Origin: Candidatus Binatia bacterium
GTDB lineage: Bacteria > Acidobacteriota > Terriglobia > Acidiferrales > UBA7541
Direction: 5' to 3'
DNA length: 50,171 bases
Assembly (NCBI GenBank): GCA_035607335.1
Contig: DATNBB010000280.1
Coordinates: 1-50,171 of the forward strand
Of this stretch, positions 27,152-35,666 are shown piece by piece. The notes under the pieces were generated by a model, which saw nothing but the letters and a program-made list of their open reading frames with translations, was not told where the DNA came from and searched no databases. Positions within the stretch are counted from its first letter, which is position 1, and every line of letters starts with the position of its first letter. Both the position numbers and the translations under genes were made by a program.

Positions 27152-28939
27152 TTATTCCGGCACATCCACCGTCACGTTCTCAGCGGCCATATGATTGTCG
27201 TTGGTGTCGCGCGCGACGAATCGCAGGAAGTAAACGCCTGGCTTTACGTCCAGATCGAGCTCGGAGCTTGCGCCGGTTTTGCTATATTGCGCGAGCGTCG
27301 CGTCCTTCAGATTAAAGTTGAGCACTTTCTGCGTGCCATCGATGTAGTTGCCATTCCCGTCGAAAAGCGCCGCAACGAGCGTGAGGCCTTCCTGGTTCAC
27401 CCCGTTTGCTTTGTGGAAGTGCAGTTGCGCGATATCCAGATCGGCGAAAATATCGAGCTTCTTTCCGCCGTCTGGTTTTTTCTCTACGCGAGTTTGCAAA
27501 TCGACCGGCAAATCGTGCTGCACGCTTTGCGAAAATAGGGCGTCGTCGATCTCGCGCCGGGCAGCCTGCGCGACGGTCTCGCCGCGCGCGGGCGCATAAA
27601 AGCCATGCCGCGCTTCGACGGTGTAGTTGTCCTTCAATGTCAGCGTCACTTTTAAATGGTGATAGCGGCCGTCCGCCTTCAGATTTCGCGGCGTGTACGC
27701 GAGCAAATAATAGGCTTCCGGCGCTGCCGCAAGATTCCGCAGACCGGCATCAAAATCATTGTTGTTCACGAATGCCTGGCCGCCGGTGCTGTCCGCTAAT
27801 TCTACGAGCACGTTGTTCGCAAGATGCTGATCGGCCATGCGAAAAGAATCCAGCAGCGCCTGAGCGCCGGGAGGATGGCCGACGGCGGGTTGGGAGATGT
27901 CTCCGCTCAAATCCGAGGTGTAAAGGCCTCTTGCGTCAAGCGTGTTCACCACCACGTCAGAGTGAATCGCGTTATCGATAATTTCGGCGAGTTCTGTGTC
28001 GTGGCCCGTGTAGAGAAATCCGGGCGAGATGAGAACCACGTCGCGCTGGCCCGAGAGCACGGAAATGCGTCTCACCACCTCGCGAATGCGCCGGAAGGAG
28101 GCTTCCGTCTCCTCATCGTCAGCGAAAACCAGATGCTCAGCCGTCCGGCTCGCCAGATCCTGGGCTTCCGCACGAAACCCTGGCTGGCCGTTATAGGCGC
28201 ATTGCAATGCGTCCTGCGTCGCGATAGCCAGCACTTGCGTCATGCCCTGGTTCGCGATGGCGTCCGCTTCGTAAAAATCCATGGGAGGACAATCGCCCGC
28301 CGAATCCGGATCGCCTGCAGTAACGGCATGAGGTAACAACGCCAGCAACGCTTTGTGAAGGACGCCACGGTCGCTCGTAAAATCCTGTTGCGACTGCCCG
28401 GAGACAGTGAAAATCGCGGCGCGGTCGTCCGGCCGCAACGAAGTCTGCACGAAACGGTCCGCGGCATTGCGCGTGCGTTGTAAATCCGCGAGCGTCACGT
28501 GAACGTCGTCAAAGAAGAGCGCGACGAATCGCTGTGCAAGCTGAATCGTGCTCACAATCGGCTCGGCCGCCGGAATAGGCACGCTCGTCGATGGGCTAGA
28601 TACGCTGGCGGTCGGCGCAGGCGAAGCGACGCTTACGGGTGTGAAATTGATGATGTCTTGCTGCTTTCCGTCTTGAAAAAGCCTGAAATCCCCTTTTTGG
28701 AGAGTGCCGATCGCGCGTCCTTGTGCGTCTCGAACCACCACGCGAACGGGAACGACGATCGTTTCCGTCTTTATTGTGGGCGATTGTTGTGGCGACTCGT
28801 CCGCGACGTCGGGCGGAGGGCCAGGAAACGACTGAATCGGGCTGGAGCGCCCACGCTGCGCCATCAAAGGCGCTGTACAAGCCGCAACCAGCAACGCCGT
28901 CGTTGCCACGCACTTCAACCGAGATGAGCGCACGGGCAT
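27152..28939 (-). CDS. Secreted VWA-domain protein of the 'VWFA-related acidobacterial domain' type
   Basis: Signal peptide. N-terminal VPVRVVVRDAQGR..L.KGDFRLFQDGKQQ.I..F block typical of that family, followed by a von Willebrand A-like core. Confidence 0.78.
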   Translation of the reverse strand: MPVRSSRLKCVATTALLVAACTAPLMAQRGRSSPIQSFPGPPPDVADESPQQSPTIKTETIVVPVRVVVRDAQGRAIGTLQKGDFRLFQDGKQQDIINFTPVSVASPAPTASVSSPSTSVPIPAAEPIVSTIQLAQRFVALFFDDVHVTLADLQRTRNAADRFVQTSLRPDDRAAIFTVSGQSQQDFTSDRGVLHKALLALLPHAVTAGDPDSAGDCPPMDFYEADAIANQGMTQVLAIATQDALQCAYNGQPGFRAEAQDLASRTAEHLVFADDEETEASFRRIREVVRRISVLSGQRDVVLISPGFLYTGHDTELAEIIDNAIHSDVVVNTLDARGLYTSDLSGDISQPAVGHPPGAQALLDSFRMADQHLANNVLVELADSTGGQAFVNNNDFDAGLRNLAAAPEAYYLLAYTPRNLKADGRYHHLKVTLTLKDNYTVEARHGFYAPARGETVAQAARREIDDALFSQSVQHDLPVDLQTRVEKKPDGGKKLDIFADLDIAQLHFHKANGVNQEGLTLVAALFDGNGNYIDGTQKVLNFNLKDATLAQYSKTGASSELDLDVKPGVYFLRFVARDTNDNHMAAENVTVDVPE

Positions 28940-29276
28940 TTACAACCGATAGACGGTAATTCAGGGATAAAGGTTCCAATCAAGAGCTACTCCGACGCTT
29001 GTAGGACTCGGACGCGGTCTAGCCCTAGCGCCTTTTGCTGCCGGCCATCCAGCGCCGACACGGCACTAGCAAATTAACGTGCGCGATGTGACGAAAACGT
29101 GGCCGATTAGCGTGTTTTATCGCATTTTAAGTAGCCATTCGCGCCCAAATTGAGCACCTGAACATCTTCATTTTCGTAATTATTGTGTTTTACGCGTGAG
29201 ACTACGCAGCACGGGGTAACGGGGACGGGAAAGGCCGACGCGAGAGGCGTAATGAGCAAGGTGAAAATGACCAGAA

Positions 29277-29383
29277 ATTTTCTAATCGACCGTCTTGCCG
29301 ATTAGAAATCCGCCTATCTCGCGTGCTCTCAACAAAACTTCCGATTCTAATCGACCGAAAAAGGAGGTTTTTTTAATCGATTT
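29277..29383 (+). repeat. Intergenic repeat element, copy B (palindrome-bearing, upstream of rpmH)
   Basis: Perfect palindrome TTCTAATCG (29280-29288), 10-nt spacer, CGATTAGAA (29299-29307). Then CTCTCAACA 29326-29334, a third TTCTAATCG at 29345-29353, an A5 run, GGAGG, a T7 run 29368-29374 and AATCGA 29375-29380. Homologous to 104-210. Confidence 0.8.
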
Positions 29384-29408
29384 CGCCGTGAATCATGCGT
29401 CGGTTTTC

Positions 29409-29437
29409 TTGACCCTGCGGCATGGCTCGCATACACT
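29409..29437 (+). promoter_or_regulatory. Candidate sigma70-type promoter for the rpmH cluster
   Basis: TTGACC (29409-29414), 17-nt spacer, TACACT (29432-29437), about 95 nt upstream of the rpmH start. Sequence-pattern prediction only. Confidence 0.4.
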
Positions 29438-29533
29438 AGATGATTCGCTGCCTGCCGCGAAGCACGCTGACTAGCTGGCACATTGCGCGAAGCTCCACCA
29501 ACAACCTGAATAGCAAAAACAGGAGAAATTTCG

Positions 29534-29674
29534 TTGCCCAAGAGAACGTATCAACCACATAAGCGCCGCCGGCACAAAAAGCACGGTTTTCGCGCCCGCA
29601 TGAAAACGAAAGGCGGAGTAAAAGTTCTTGCAGCACGCCGTAAAAAGGGACGGCACAGCCTCACACGCGTTTGA
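29534..29674 (+). CDS. rpmH: 50S ribosomal protein L34
   Basis: 46-aa product (M)[48 protein letters not shown] start 8 nt after AGGAG (29521-29525). Below the ORF-track length cutoff. Confidence 0.93.
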   Translation: MPKRTYQPHKRRRHKKHGFRARMKTKGGVKVLAARRKKGRHSLTRV

Positions 29675-30014
29675 CGGAGCCTCGCGCGGCCTGCCGCGCG
29701 ATTGCCGTCTGCTGCGCCGCAGCGAATACGATGCGGTGTATCGCGATGGCAGACGGCGGTCGAGCCGCGAATTCACCGTTTTCCTCCGCGCGAATGGTTT
29801 AGAACACAGCCGATTTGGCTGGAGCATCAAGAAGGCGCTCGGAGGCGCTGTGCGGCGAAACCGTATTCGGCGCAGGTTGCGCGAAATAGTTCGGTTACAT
29901 CGTAAGGAGATATTACCGGGATGGGATGTTGTGATTCACCCGCGCAGCACGGCGGCCACGGCGGAATTTGCGCGGCTAACGGCCGACTTGCTGAGGCTGT
30001 TGCCCCGCGCGTAG
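29628..30014 (+). CDS. rnpA: Ribonuclease P protein component
   Basis: Basic protein with L.R..R.L....Y..V...G.R and [11 protein letters not shown] (RNR-like) motifs, directly after rpmH. ATG 29628 is the only canonical in-frame start, which gives a 47-nt overlap with rpmH. Confidence 0.85.
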   Translation: MQHAVKRDGTASHAFDGASRGLPRDCRLLRRSEYDAVYRDGRRRSSREFTVFLRANGLEHSRFGWSIKKALGGAVRRNRIRRRLREIVRLHRKEILPGWDVVIHPRSTAATAEFARLTADLLRLLPRA

Positions 30015-30400
30015 ATGGCAAGCTCCGGCGCTCGATCGGTGCGTGGACGCTGCTCCTGATCGTGCGCTTCTACGTCGTATTCCTCTCGCCGATTTTTGGT
30101 GGGGCGTGTCGGTTTTATCCCTCCTGTTCGAACTACGCCTATGAAGCGGTCGCCCGGCATGGCGCGCGGCGCGGCGGATGGCTTGCCGTCAAACGCCTTC
30201 TGCGGTGCCAGCCCTTTTGCCAGGGCGGCTTCGATCCGGTGCCGGAAGTCCTTTATGAAGAAGATGCTTTGCAGGAGCCGAAGTCACCGGAAGCAGCTGT
30301 GGAGGCCCTGCCCGCCGGGAGAACGCACAGGCCAACGCAGCCTGTAATCACCGAAACGTGGTCAGCGGCCGGTACGCTAAACGTGGAGCGCAGACTGTGA
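29921..30400 (+). CDS. yidD: Membrane protein insertion efficiency factor YidD (N- and C-terminally extended ORF)
   Basis: Core [65 protein letters not shown] 29921 lies 11 nt after AAGGAG (29904-29909), inside rnpA. Start is uncertain; GTG 30065 (VRFY...) is the alternative. Confidence 0.78.
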   Translation: MGCCDSPAQHGGHGGICAANGRLAEAVAPRVDGKLRRSIGAWTLLLIVRFYVVFLSPIFGGACRFYPSCSNYAYEAVARHGARRGGWLAVKRLLRCQPFCQGGFDPVPEVLYEEDALQEPKSPEAAVEALPAGRTHRPTQPVITETWSAAGTLNVERRL

Positions 30401-30405
30401 AGGAA

Positions 30406-32097
30406 ATGTCGGACCAGACTCGCGCCGCGATTTTCTTCGTTATCGCCGTTGCAGTTTTCCTCGTCTGGTCGCATTTTTTCATGCCTGCAACACCCCCGCC
30501 GTCGCAGTCTGCTCAAAAGAACTCGACAGCACAGACCGCACAAACGACCTCGCCATCGACGGGGCAAGCAAAATCCGTCGCGCCTGTGCCCACCGCGCCC
30601 GTCCCGACGCCCGCTCTCGCAGCAAAGGCCGAAAATGTGGTCGCAGTGCAGAGTTCGCTATATCACGTTGAACTCTCGAATCGCGGCGGCGTCGTAAGAA
30701 GCTGGAAATTAAAAAAGTACCTCAACGATCAAAAGCCCCCACAACCTCTCGATCTGGTGAATCAGGACGTATCGAAGCAGATCGGCTGGCCACTCTCACT
30801 TTATTTGAACGATTCGACTCTCGAGGACGAAGCCAATTCGGCGCTATATAAAATCACGCCATCATCGAACGCACTTCAGGCGCCGGCACAAATTACGATG
30901 GAGTGGAGTAACGGCCACCTGAGCGTCACCAAGAAGCTAGATTTCGAGGACAGCTACGACGCGCGGCTCGATGTTTCGGTGCTCTTAGACGGGAAGCCGA
31001 TTCCCTTCGCCGTCGCCTGGCGAGGAGAGTTCGGCGACAAGGACGTGTACCAGTCGACGCTTCTGAACGTTTTTTATAGCCAAAACGGAAAGATGAAGCC
31101 TCTCTCCTACAAGGATCTCGGCCTTCCTGCGAATCGCATCCAGCCGTTTGAGCGCGGCGGACCGATGGAGTATGCCGGTATCCAGGACCAGTTTTTTGCC
31201 GTCGCATTCATCCCCCAGAACGACGGCCTAGCGCTTTGGGATTGGACGCAATGGAACAATTACACCGCCGATAATCAGCAAAAGGCCGATCCTGAACCGC
31301 AAATGGCCGCAGGCCCCATGACGCCCGGCTTATTCAAAGCAACGCTGTTCGTCGGGCCTAAGGATTTGCAGGTACTAGCGGCGCAGACGCCTTCCTTGGA
31401 AGGCCTGATTCAATTCGGCTGGACGGGCGTTATCGCCAAGCCATTGCTTTTCTGCCTGGTCTGGATGCACCACTACATCCCCAATTATGGCTGGGTGATT
31501 GTCGTCTTCACGCTTTTGCTGAACATGGCTCTATTCCCCGTGAAGATGTACTCGTTCAAATCCGCGCGGAAGATGCAGATCGTCGCACCGGAAATTAAGG
31601 CGATTCAAGATCGCTATAAAAAATACTCGATGCGCGATCCGCGCAAGCAGAAGATGAACGAGGAAGTGATGGCGGTATACTCGCGCGAAAAAATCAATCC
31701 CGCGAGCGGCTGCCTGCCGATGTTGCCGCAGATCGTGATTTTGTGGGCGTTCTATAGGGTGCTGGAATATTCGATCGTACTGCGGCATGAGCCATGGATC
31801 TGGTGGATACACGATCTTTCCGCGCGCGATCCTTACTACATTATTCCTGCCGCAATGGCGATTACGAGCTATACCATGCAGAAGATGACGCCCATGCCGA
31901 CGACGACCGATCCCGCTCAGCGTCGCATGATGATGTTGATGCCGCTGGCTTTTGTATTGTTTCTGTTTCGGTACGCAGCCGGTTTGAATCTATACTACTT
32001 CTTGTCTAATCTTGTGGGCACCGGACAGCAGTGGTATCTAAACAGAACCCAACCGCTCCCGACGAGGAGTAAGTTCAAAAAGAACCAAAAACAATGA
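30406..32097 (+). CDS. yidC: Membrane protein insertase YidC
   Basis: N-terminal TM helix, large periplasmic domain, and a C-terminal 60-kDa insertase core (GCLPMLPQIVILWAFY..., NLYYFLSN). ATG 30406 behind GAAGGAAA. Confidence 0.93.
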   Translation: MSDQTRAAIFFVIAVAVFLVWSHFFMPATPPPSQSAQKNSTAQTAQTTSPSTGQAKSVAPVPTAPVPTPALAAKAENVVAVQSSLYHVELSNRGGVVRSWKLKKYLNDQKPPQPLDLVNQDVSKQIGWPLSLYLNDSTLEDEANSALYKITPSSNALQAPAQITMEWSNGHLSVTKKLDFEDSYDARLDVSVLLDGKPIPFAVAWRGEFGDKDVYQSTLLNVFYSQNGKMKPLSYKDLGLPANRIQPFERGGPMEYAGIQDQFFAVAFIPQNDGLALWDWTQWNNYTADNQQKADPEPQMAAGPMTPGLFKATLFVGPKDLQVLAAQTPSLEGLIQFGWTGVIAKPLLFCLVWMHHYIPNYGWVIVVFTLLLNMALFPVKMYSFKSARKMQIVAPEIKAIQDRYKKYSMRDPRKQKMNEEVMAVYSREKINPASGCLPMLPQIVILWAFYRVLEYSIVLRHEPWIWWIHDLSARDPYYIIPAAMAITSYTMQKMTPMPTTTDPAQRRMMMLMPLAFVLFLFRYAAGLNLYYFLSNLVGTGQQWYLNRTQPLPTRSKFKKNQKQ

Positions 32098-32654
32098 TCG
32101 ACCGACGCGCACCGACTCGAAAGCCGGGACATCAGAGAAGCGGCGTCCAATCGCCACTACCTCGCCTGGACACCGATCAAGCCATTCGCGAACTGAAATC
32201 CTTTCTTGAGCAAGCCATCCGGTCCGCGCAGTTTGCGTTGGAGTGGGAAGTGGCTGCGGAACCAGCGGGGCAAGACGGACAAAGCTCGATCGTGGTTGGT
32301 TTTCGCGGAGAGGACGAAAGTCTGTTGCTGGAACGCAATGCCGAGCTGCTGCTTGCGCTCGAGTACATCGCACACCGTTGGCTAAAACTCGATCCTCGTT
32401 TGCACGATCGAGTTCGGTTTGATTGCGGCGGGTATCGCGCCGAGCGGCTCGATGAGTTGAAACTGTCCGCGCGTGTAGCGGCGCAACGAGTTCGCGAGAC
32501 GGGCGAGGCGTTCCGCTTTAACCCCATGTCTTCGCGGGAGCGACGGCTCATTCACGTGGAGCTTGCGGGGGCGGCGGGCGTTCGCACTGTAAGCGAAGGC
32601 ACTGGCGATCGTCGCCAGCTCGTGATTTATCCTGCCACAAACGCAAAGAAATAG
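32094..32654 (+). CDS. jag: Jag/KhpB-type RNA-binding protein (KH + R3H domains)
   Basis: ATGA overlap with yidC. C-terminal R3H motif SSRERRLIHVELA..GVRTVSEG. Conserved position after yidC. Confidence 0.85.
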   Translation: MIDRRAPTRKPGHQRSGVQSPLPRLDTDQAIRELKSFLEQAIRSAQFALEWEVAAEPAGQDGQSSIVVGFRGEDESLLLERNAELLLALEYIAHRWLKLDPRLHDRVRFDCGGYRAERLDELKLSARVAAQRVRETGEAFRFNPMSSRERRLIHVELAGAAGVRTVSEGTGDRRQLVIYPATNAKK

Positions 32655-32659
32655 TGCGT

Positions 32660-33718
32660 TTAGGCTCCGAGCCAGCGGCCTACGGGCTGAAGCTTTTCCA
32701 CATGGTCGCAGATCACTTTCAGAACCGCGGTAATTGGAATTGCCAGCAATAAACCCATTGGCCCCCAAAGCCATCCCCAGAACAAGAGAGAGACCGTGAG
32801 CGCCAGTGCGTTGAGCCGGACCCGCCAACCCACTAGCGCCGGTATCAGCAGATTTGCCGTAACTATGTGGAACAGAGCGAGCACGGAAAACATTCCAAGG
32901 AACGGCCCTATCGTGTGGTATTGCTTGAGGCCGATTAGCAGCGGCGGAATCCAGGAAAGAACAACACCGAGGTAGGGCACGAGATTACACAGGCCCGATA
33001 CCAGTCCCGTAAGGAATGGAAAATCCAACCCCATGATCCAGAAGAACAGCCAGCTCGCAATGACGAGAACAAGGCCGACCAGCGCGGTGCCAACCAAATA
33101 GCTGCGCAACACTTGCGTCACATCGGACAGAGCTTCTTTCACCTGCGTACGTTGGTCGGGCGGAAATAGCTGCATGGTGGCGTGCCAGACCTGACGTTTT
33201 GCCGCCAACATAAAGAACAGCAGGAACGGCACAAACGTGGCCGAAAGCAGAAAGACTGAAACAGAACCAAGCCGCGACAGAACAGCGGCGCGAACCGGAT
33301 GAGATTCGGCGACCTCGACAATTTGCTGCCCCGCCTGTGGAGACGGCGTGATTTCCGAAACGTGCGCCTCAAGCGTTGACAGCCGCTGCTCGACGACGAC
33401 AAAAGCCGAGCGCAAGGGTTCGCGATATTGCGGCCAGTCCTGCCCGAATTGATCGATGCGGTCGACGAGCGTCCATCCGAGCACTGCGATGAGCGCAAGC
33501 GACACGAGAACGACGAGGAGAGAACCCAGCGCTCGCGGCATGTGCCACGATTCCATCCAGGTGACAACGGGATCGAGGAAATACGCGGTGAGCACCGCGA
33601 TAATCAGGGTCATCAGGATGGTCGAGGCGAAATAGCAGAAGGCAATGACGATGCCAGCGGCAATAATTCGGGCGCTCGCTGAAGCGGCGGTAACAATCTT
33701 GGCTTCTTCTACCGGCAT
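32660..33718 (-). CDS. AI-2E family transporter (PerM/UPF0118)
   Basis: 352 aa, about 8 TM helices, with the C-terminal GLLLAIPITAV pattern typical of the family. Confidence 0.87.
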   Translation of the reverse strand: MPVEEAKIVTAASASARIIAAGIVIAFCYFASTILMTLIIAVLTAYFLDPVVTWMESWHMPRALGSLLVVLVSLALIAVLGWTLVDRIDQFGQDWPQYREPLRSAFVVVEQRLSTLEAHVSEITPSPQAGQQIVEVAESHPVRAAVLSRLGSVSVFLLSATFVPFLLFFMLAAKRQVWHATMQLFPPDQRTQVKEALSDVTQVLRSYLVGTALVGLVLVIASWLFFWIMGLDFPFLTGLVSGLCNLVPYLGVVLSWIPPLLIGLKQYHTIGPFLGMFSVLALFHIVTANLLIPALVGWRVRLNALALTVSLLFWGWLWGPMGLLLAIPITAVLKVICDHVEKLQPVGRWLGA

Positions 33719-33870
33719 GGCCGTACGATAGCACAGCCGCGAGGCCGTGCATTCTCCACTGCGCGTATTGCTAACTGTTGATGTTTCGAAGCGTATTTTG
33801 GATGCGACGCATCGCGGGCGGAGATCGTAATGCTAGAATACTTCTCCCGGCGCGCTAGGCACGCACACTC

Positions 33871-35220
33871 ATGGCAAAACACCTATTCGGCACGGACGGA
33901 ATCCGCGGAATCCCAGGTACCTACCCGCTCGATGATGCCACGCTCGAAGGCGTGGGCCGGGCCCTTGGCGAGTATTTGGTAACCAGTCGCGCGAATCAGC
34001 CTGCTCGCGTACTTATTGGCCGCGACACCCGGGAATCCGGGCCTCACATTGCGGAGCTAATCGCAAGCGGGTTGGCCGATGGCGGCGCGGAACCTGTTTC
34101 GGCGGGCATTCTCACGACGCCGGGAGTTGCATGGTTGGTGAACCGCGAAGCTTTTGCGGCAGGTGTGGTAATTTCGGCTTCGCATAACCCCTATCATGAC
34201 AACGGCGTGAAACTGATTTCGTCCGCAGGCATGAAGTTCCCCGACGCGGTGGAGGCGCAGCTTGAAAGCGTGATACTGGCAGGCAATCGAGCCAAGCGAT
34301 CAAAGCGAACTATCGATCTGCACGGGAATCAAGCTTTGCACCAGGATTATCTTGCCGGGCTGCGTTCAAGCGTTTTGGCGGGCGCCAATATTGCGGGCAT
34401 GAAAATCGTGCTCGACTGCGCAAACGGCGCCGCCAGCGATCTTGCACCCCAGCTCTTCCGGTCCTTAGGCTCGGAAGTAATCGCCACTAATAATCATCCA
34501 GACGGCAGGAATATCAATGCGGATTGTGGTTCGTTGCACCCGGAGAGCCTGCAGCAGCGCGTGGTCACTGAACGGGCAGCTCTTGGCATTGCGTTCGATG
34601 GAGACGCTGATCGCTCTCTGTTTGTGAGTGAGTCCGGGAAGCTGGTCGACGGAGACGGCGTACTTTTGGTTGCTGGCCGCTATTTGAAGTCGACCGGCAA
34701 ACTGAAGGGAAATACGATCGTCGGCACGACGATGGCGAACCTAGGCCTGGAGCGCGCGCTCGACAGATCGGGACTTAAGTTGGTGCGCACTGCGGTGGGC
34801 GATCGTTATGTGCTGGAAGAGATGCAGAGGATCGGAGCGAATCTCGGCGGCGAACAGTCCGGGCACATACTCTTCCTGGATGACGCGACAACCGGCGATG
34901 GCATGCTTACGGCCGTAAAAATCGCCTCGATCATATCTATTGCCGGGCCTTTGGATTCGCTCGTAAGCGACCTGAAAATTTTCCCTCAAAAGATCGTGAA
35001 CGTCCGCGTAAAGAAGAAGCCTGCTCTGGAGAGCTTGCCCGAAGTTGCGTCTTTGCTGCAAAAAGCGGAAAGAGCACTGGGGAAAGCGGGGCGGGTCGTT
35101 TTGCGTTATTCGGGGACCGAACCTCTTGCTCGCGTAATGGTAGAGGCAGAACGAGAGGATGACGTTCGGCAATGGACGGATGCCCTAGCCAGTGCCTTAC
35201 GCTCCACAATTGGCGCGTGA
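33871..35220 (+). CDS. glmM: Phosphoglucosamine mutase
   Basis: FGTDGIRG N-terminus, SASHNPYHDNGVK phosphoserine loop, FDGDADR metal loop and GEQSGH sugar loop. Confidence 0.96.
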   Translation: MAKHLFGTDGIRGIPGTYPLDDATLEGVGRALGEYLVTSRANQPARVLIGRDTRESGPHIAELIASGLADGGAEPVSAGILTTPGVAWLVNREAFAAGVVISASHNPYHDNGVKLISSAGMKFPDAVEAQLESVILAGNRAKRSKRTIDLHGNQALHQDYLAGLRSSVLAGANIAGMKIVLDCANGAASDLAPQLFRSLGSEVIATNNHPDGRNINADCGSLHPESLQQRVVTERAALGIAFDGDADRSLFVSESGKLVDGDGVLLVAGRYLKSTGKLKGNTIVGTTMANLGLERALDRSGLKLVRTAVGDRYVLEEMQRIGANLGGEQSGHILFLDDATTGDGMLTAVKIASIISIAGPLDSLVSDLKIFPQKIVNVRVKKKPALESLPEVASLLQKAERALGKAGRVVLRYSGTEPLARVMVEAEREDDVRQWTDALASALRSTIGA

Positions 35221-35497
35221 GATTTTGGCTCCCTACTGCCTTAACGCTGAAATCTTCCAAAGAACATAGTCTGGCTACTTTGCACTTTCATAAAGTGGAG
35301 AATCGTTTCTCGAAGTAATGCTCGTGTGGTTGCGCTCTACGGCTAACCTACTGCCATTGAGAGACTTAAGCTGCCGATGGTAACTGCCATTCTGGTGGCA
35401 ATGCGCGTGCATTAGAAACCATCGGCTGTCTCGTATCCCGGGGTGGGCCGGTTTCCGCCGCGCCGGAGCCGGATTCTAGGGGTAGAGCAAGCGACAT

Positions 35498-35527
35498 GGG
35501 GGTCCGTGGGGGACCCCCAATTTTTTT
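35498..35527 (+). terminator. Rho-independent terminator (plus strand)
   Basis: GGGGGTCC (35498-35505), GTGGG loop, GGACCCCC (35511-35518), then AA and a T7 run (35521-35527). Lies 278 nt downstream of the glmM stop. Confidence 0.72.
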
Positions 35528-35567
35528 GCCTATATATATTTATATTTCTGACCCGCCGTAACCCTTC

Positions 35568-35597
35568 TTGACCCTGCCAAGCTATGCTTGCTATGTT
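35568..35597 (+). promoter_or_regulatory. Candidate sigma70-type promoter for uvrA
   Basis: TTGACC (35568-35573), 18-nt spacer, TATGTT (35592-35597). An AT-rich tract at 35529-35548 lies upstream. Pattern prediction only. Confidence 0.35.
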
Positions 35598-35666
35598 GAA
35601 GAATTACACTAGGGGAAATTTGCGCAGTGTCAGACATACCCGCCGTCTGATTCCTCCTATCGGACC

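Noticed and set aside
29213-29233. G-rich tract GGGGTAACGGGGACGGGAAAGG as a G-quadruplex
   Set aside because: There are only three G3+ runs plus a GG, so at best a weak two-tetrad structure. The tract does not recur elsewhere in the window.
29252-29305. 17-codon ORF (MSKVKMTRNFLIDRLAD) with a GAGAGG SD that reads straight through the palindrome of copy B
   Set aside because: In copy A the 1-nt spacer difference shifts the frame and there is no start codon or matching peptide. The conservation is therefore at the nucleotide level, not the peptide level.
28940-29533. Possible oriC, because rpmH-rnpA-yidC-jag often neighbours dnaA and oriC
   Set aside because: There is no dnaA gene in the window. 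I find no TTATCCACA-type DnaA boxes, only 5/9 matches such as TTATCGCAT and TTATTGTGT. There is only one short AT-rich stretch.
26774-29533. RNase P RNA, SRP RNA or tmRNA hidden in the large spacers (also checked 35221-35666 and 41819-42062)
   Set aside because: None of the universal signature strings (GGAAAGTCCGG-type P4, GGAAGCAGCC-type SRP domain IV, a tRNA-like tmRNA end with GGTTCGA plus ACCA) is present on either strand by eye. This still needs cmscan for certainty.
35528-35666. LexA/SOS box upstream of uvrA
   Set aside because: There is no GTTC-N7-GTTC or GAAC-N7-GAAC direct repeat and no CTGT-N8-ACAG palindrome in the spacer. Only the GCTATGCTTGCTATG partial direct repeat overlaps the promoter candidate, which is not enough to call a site.
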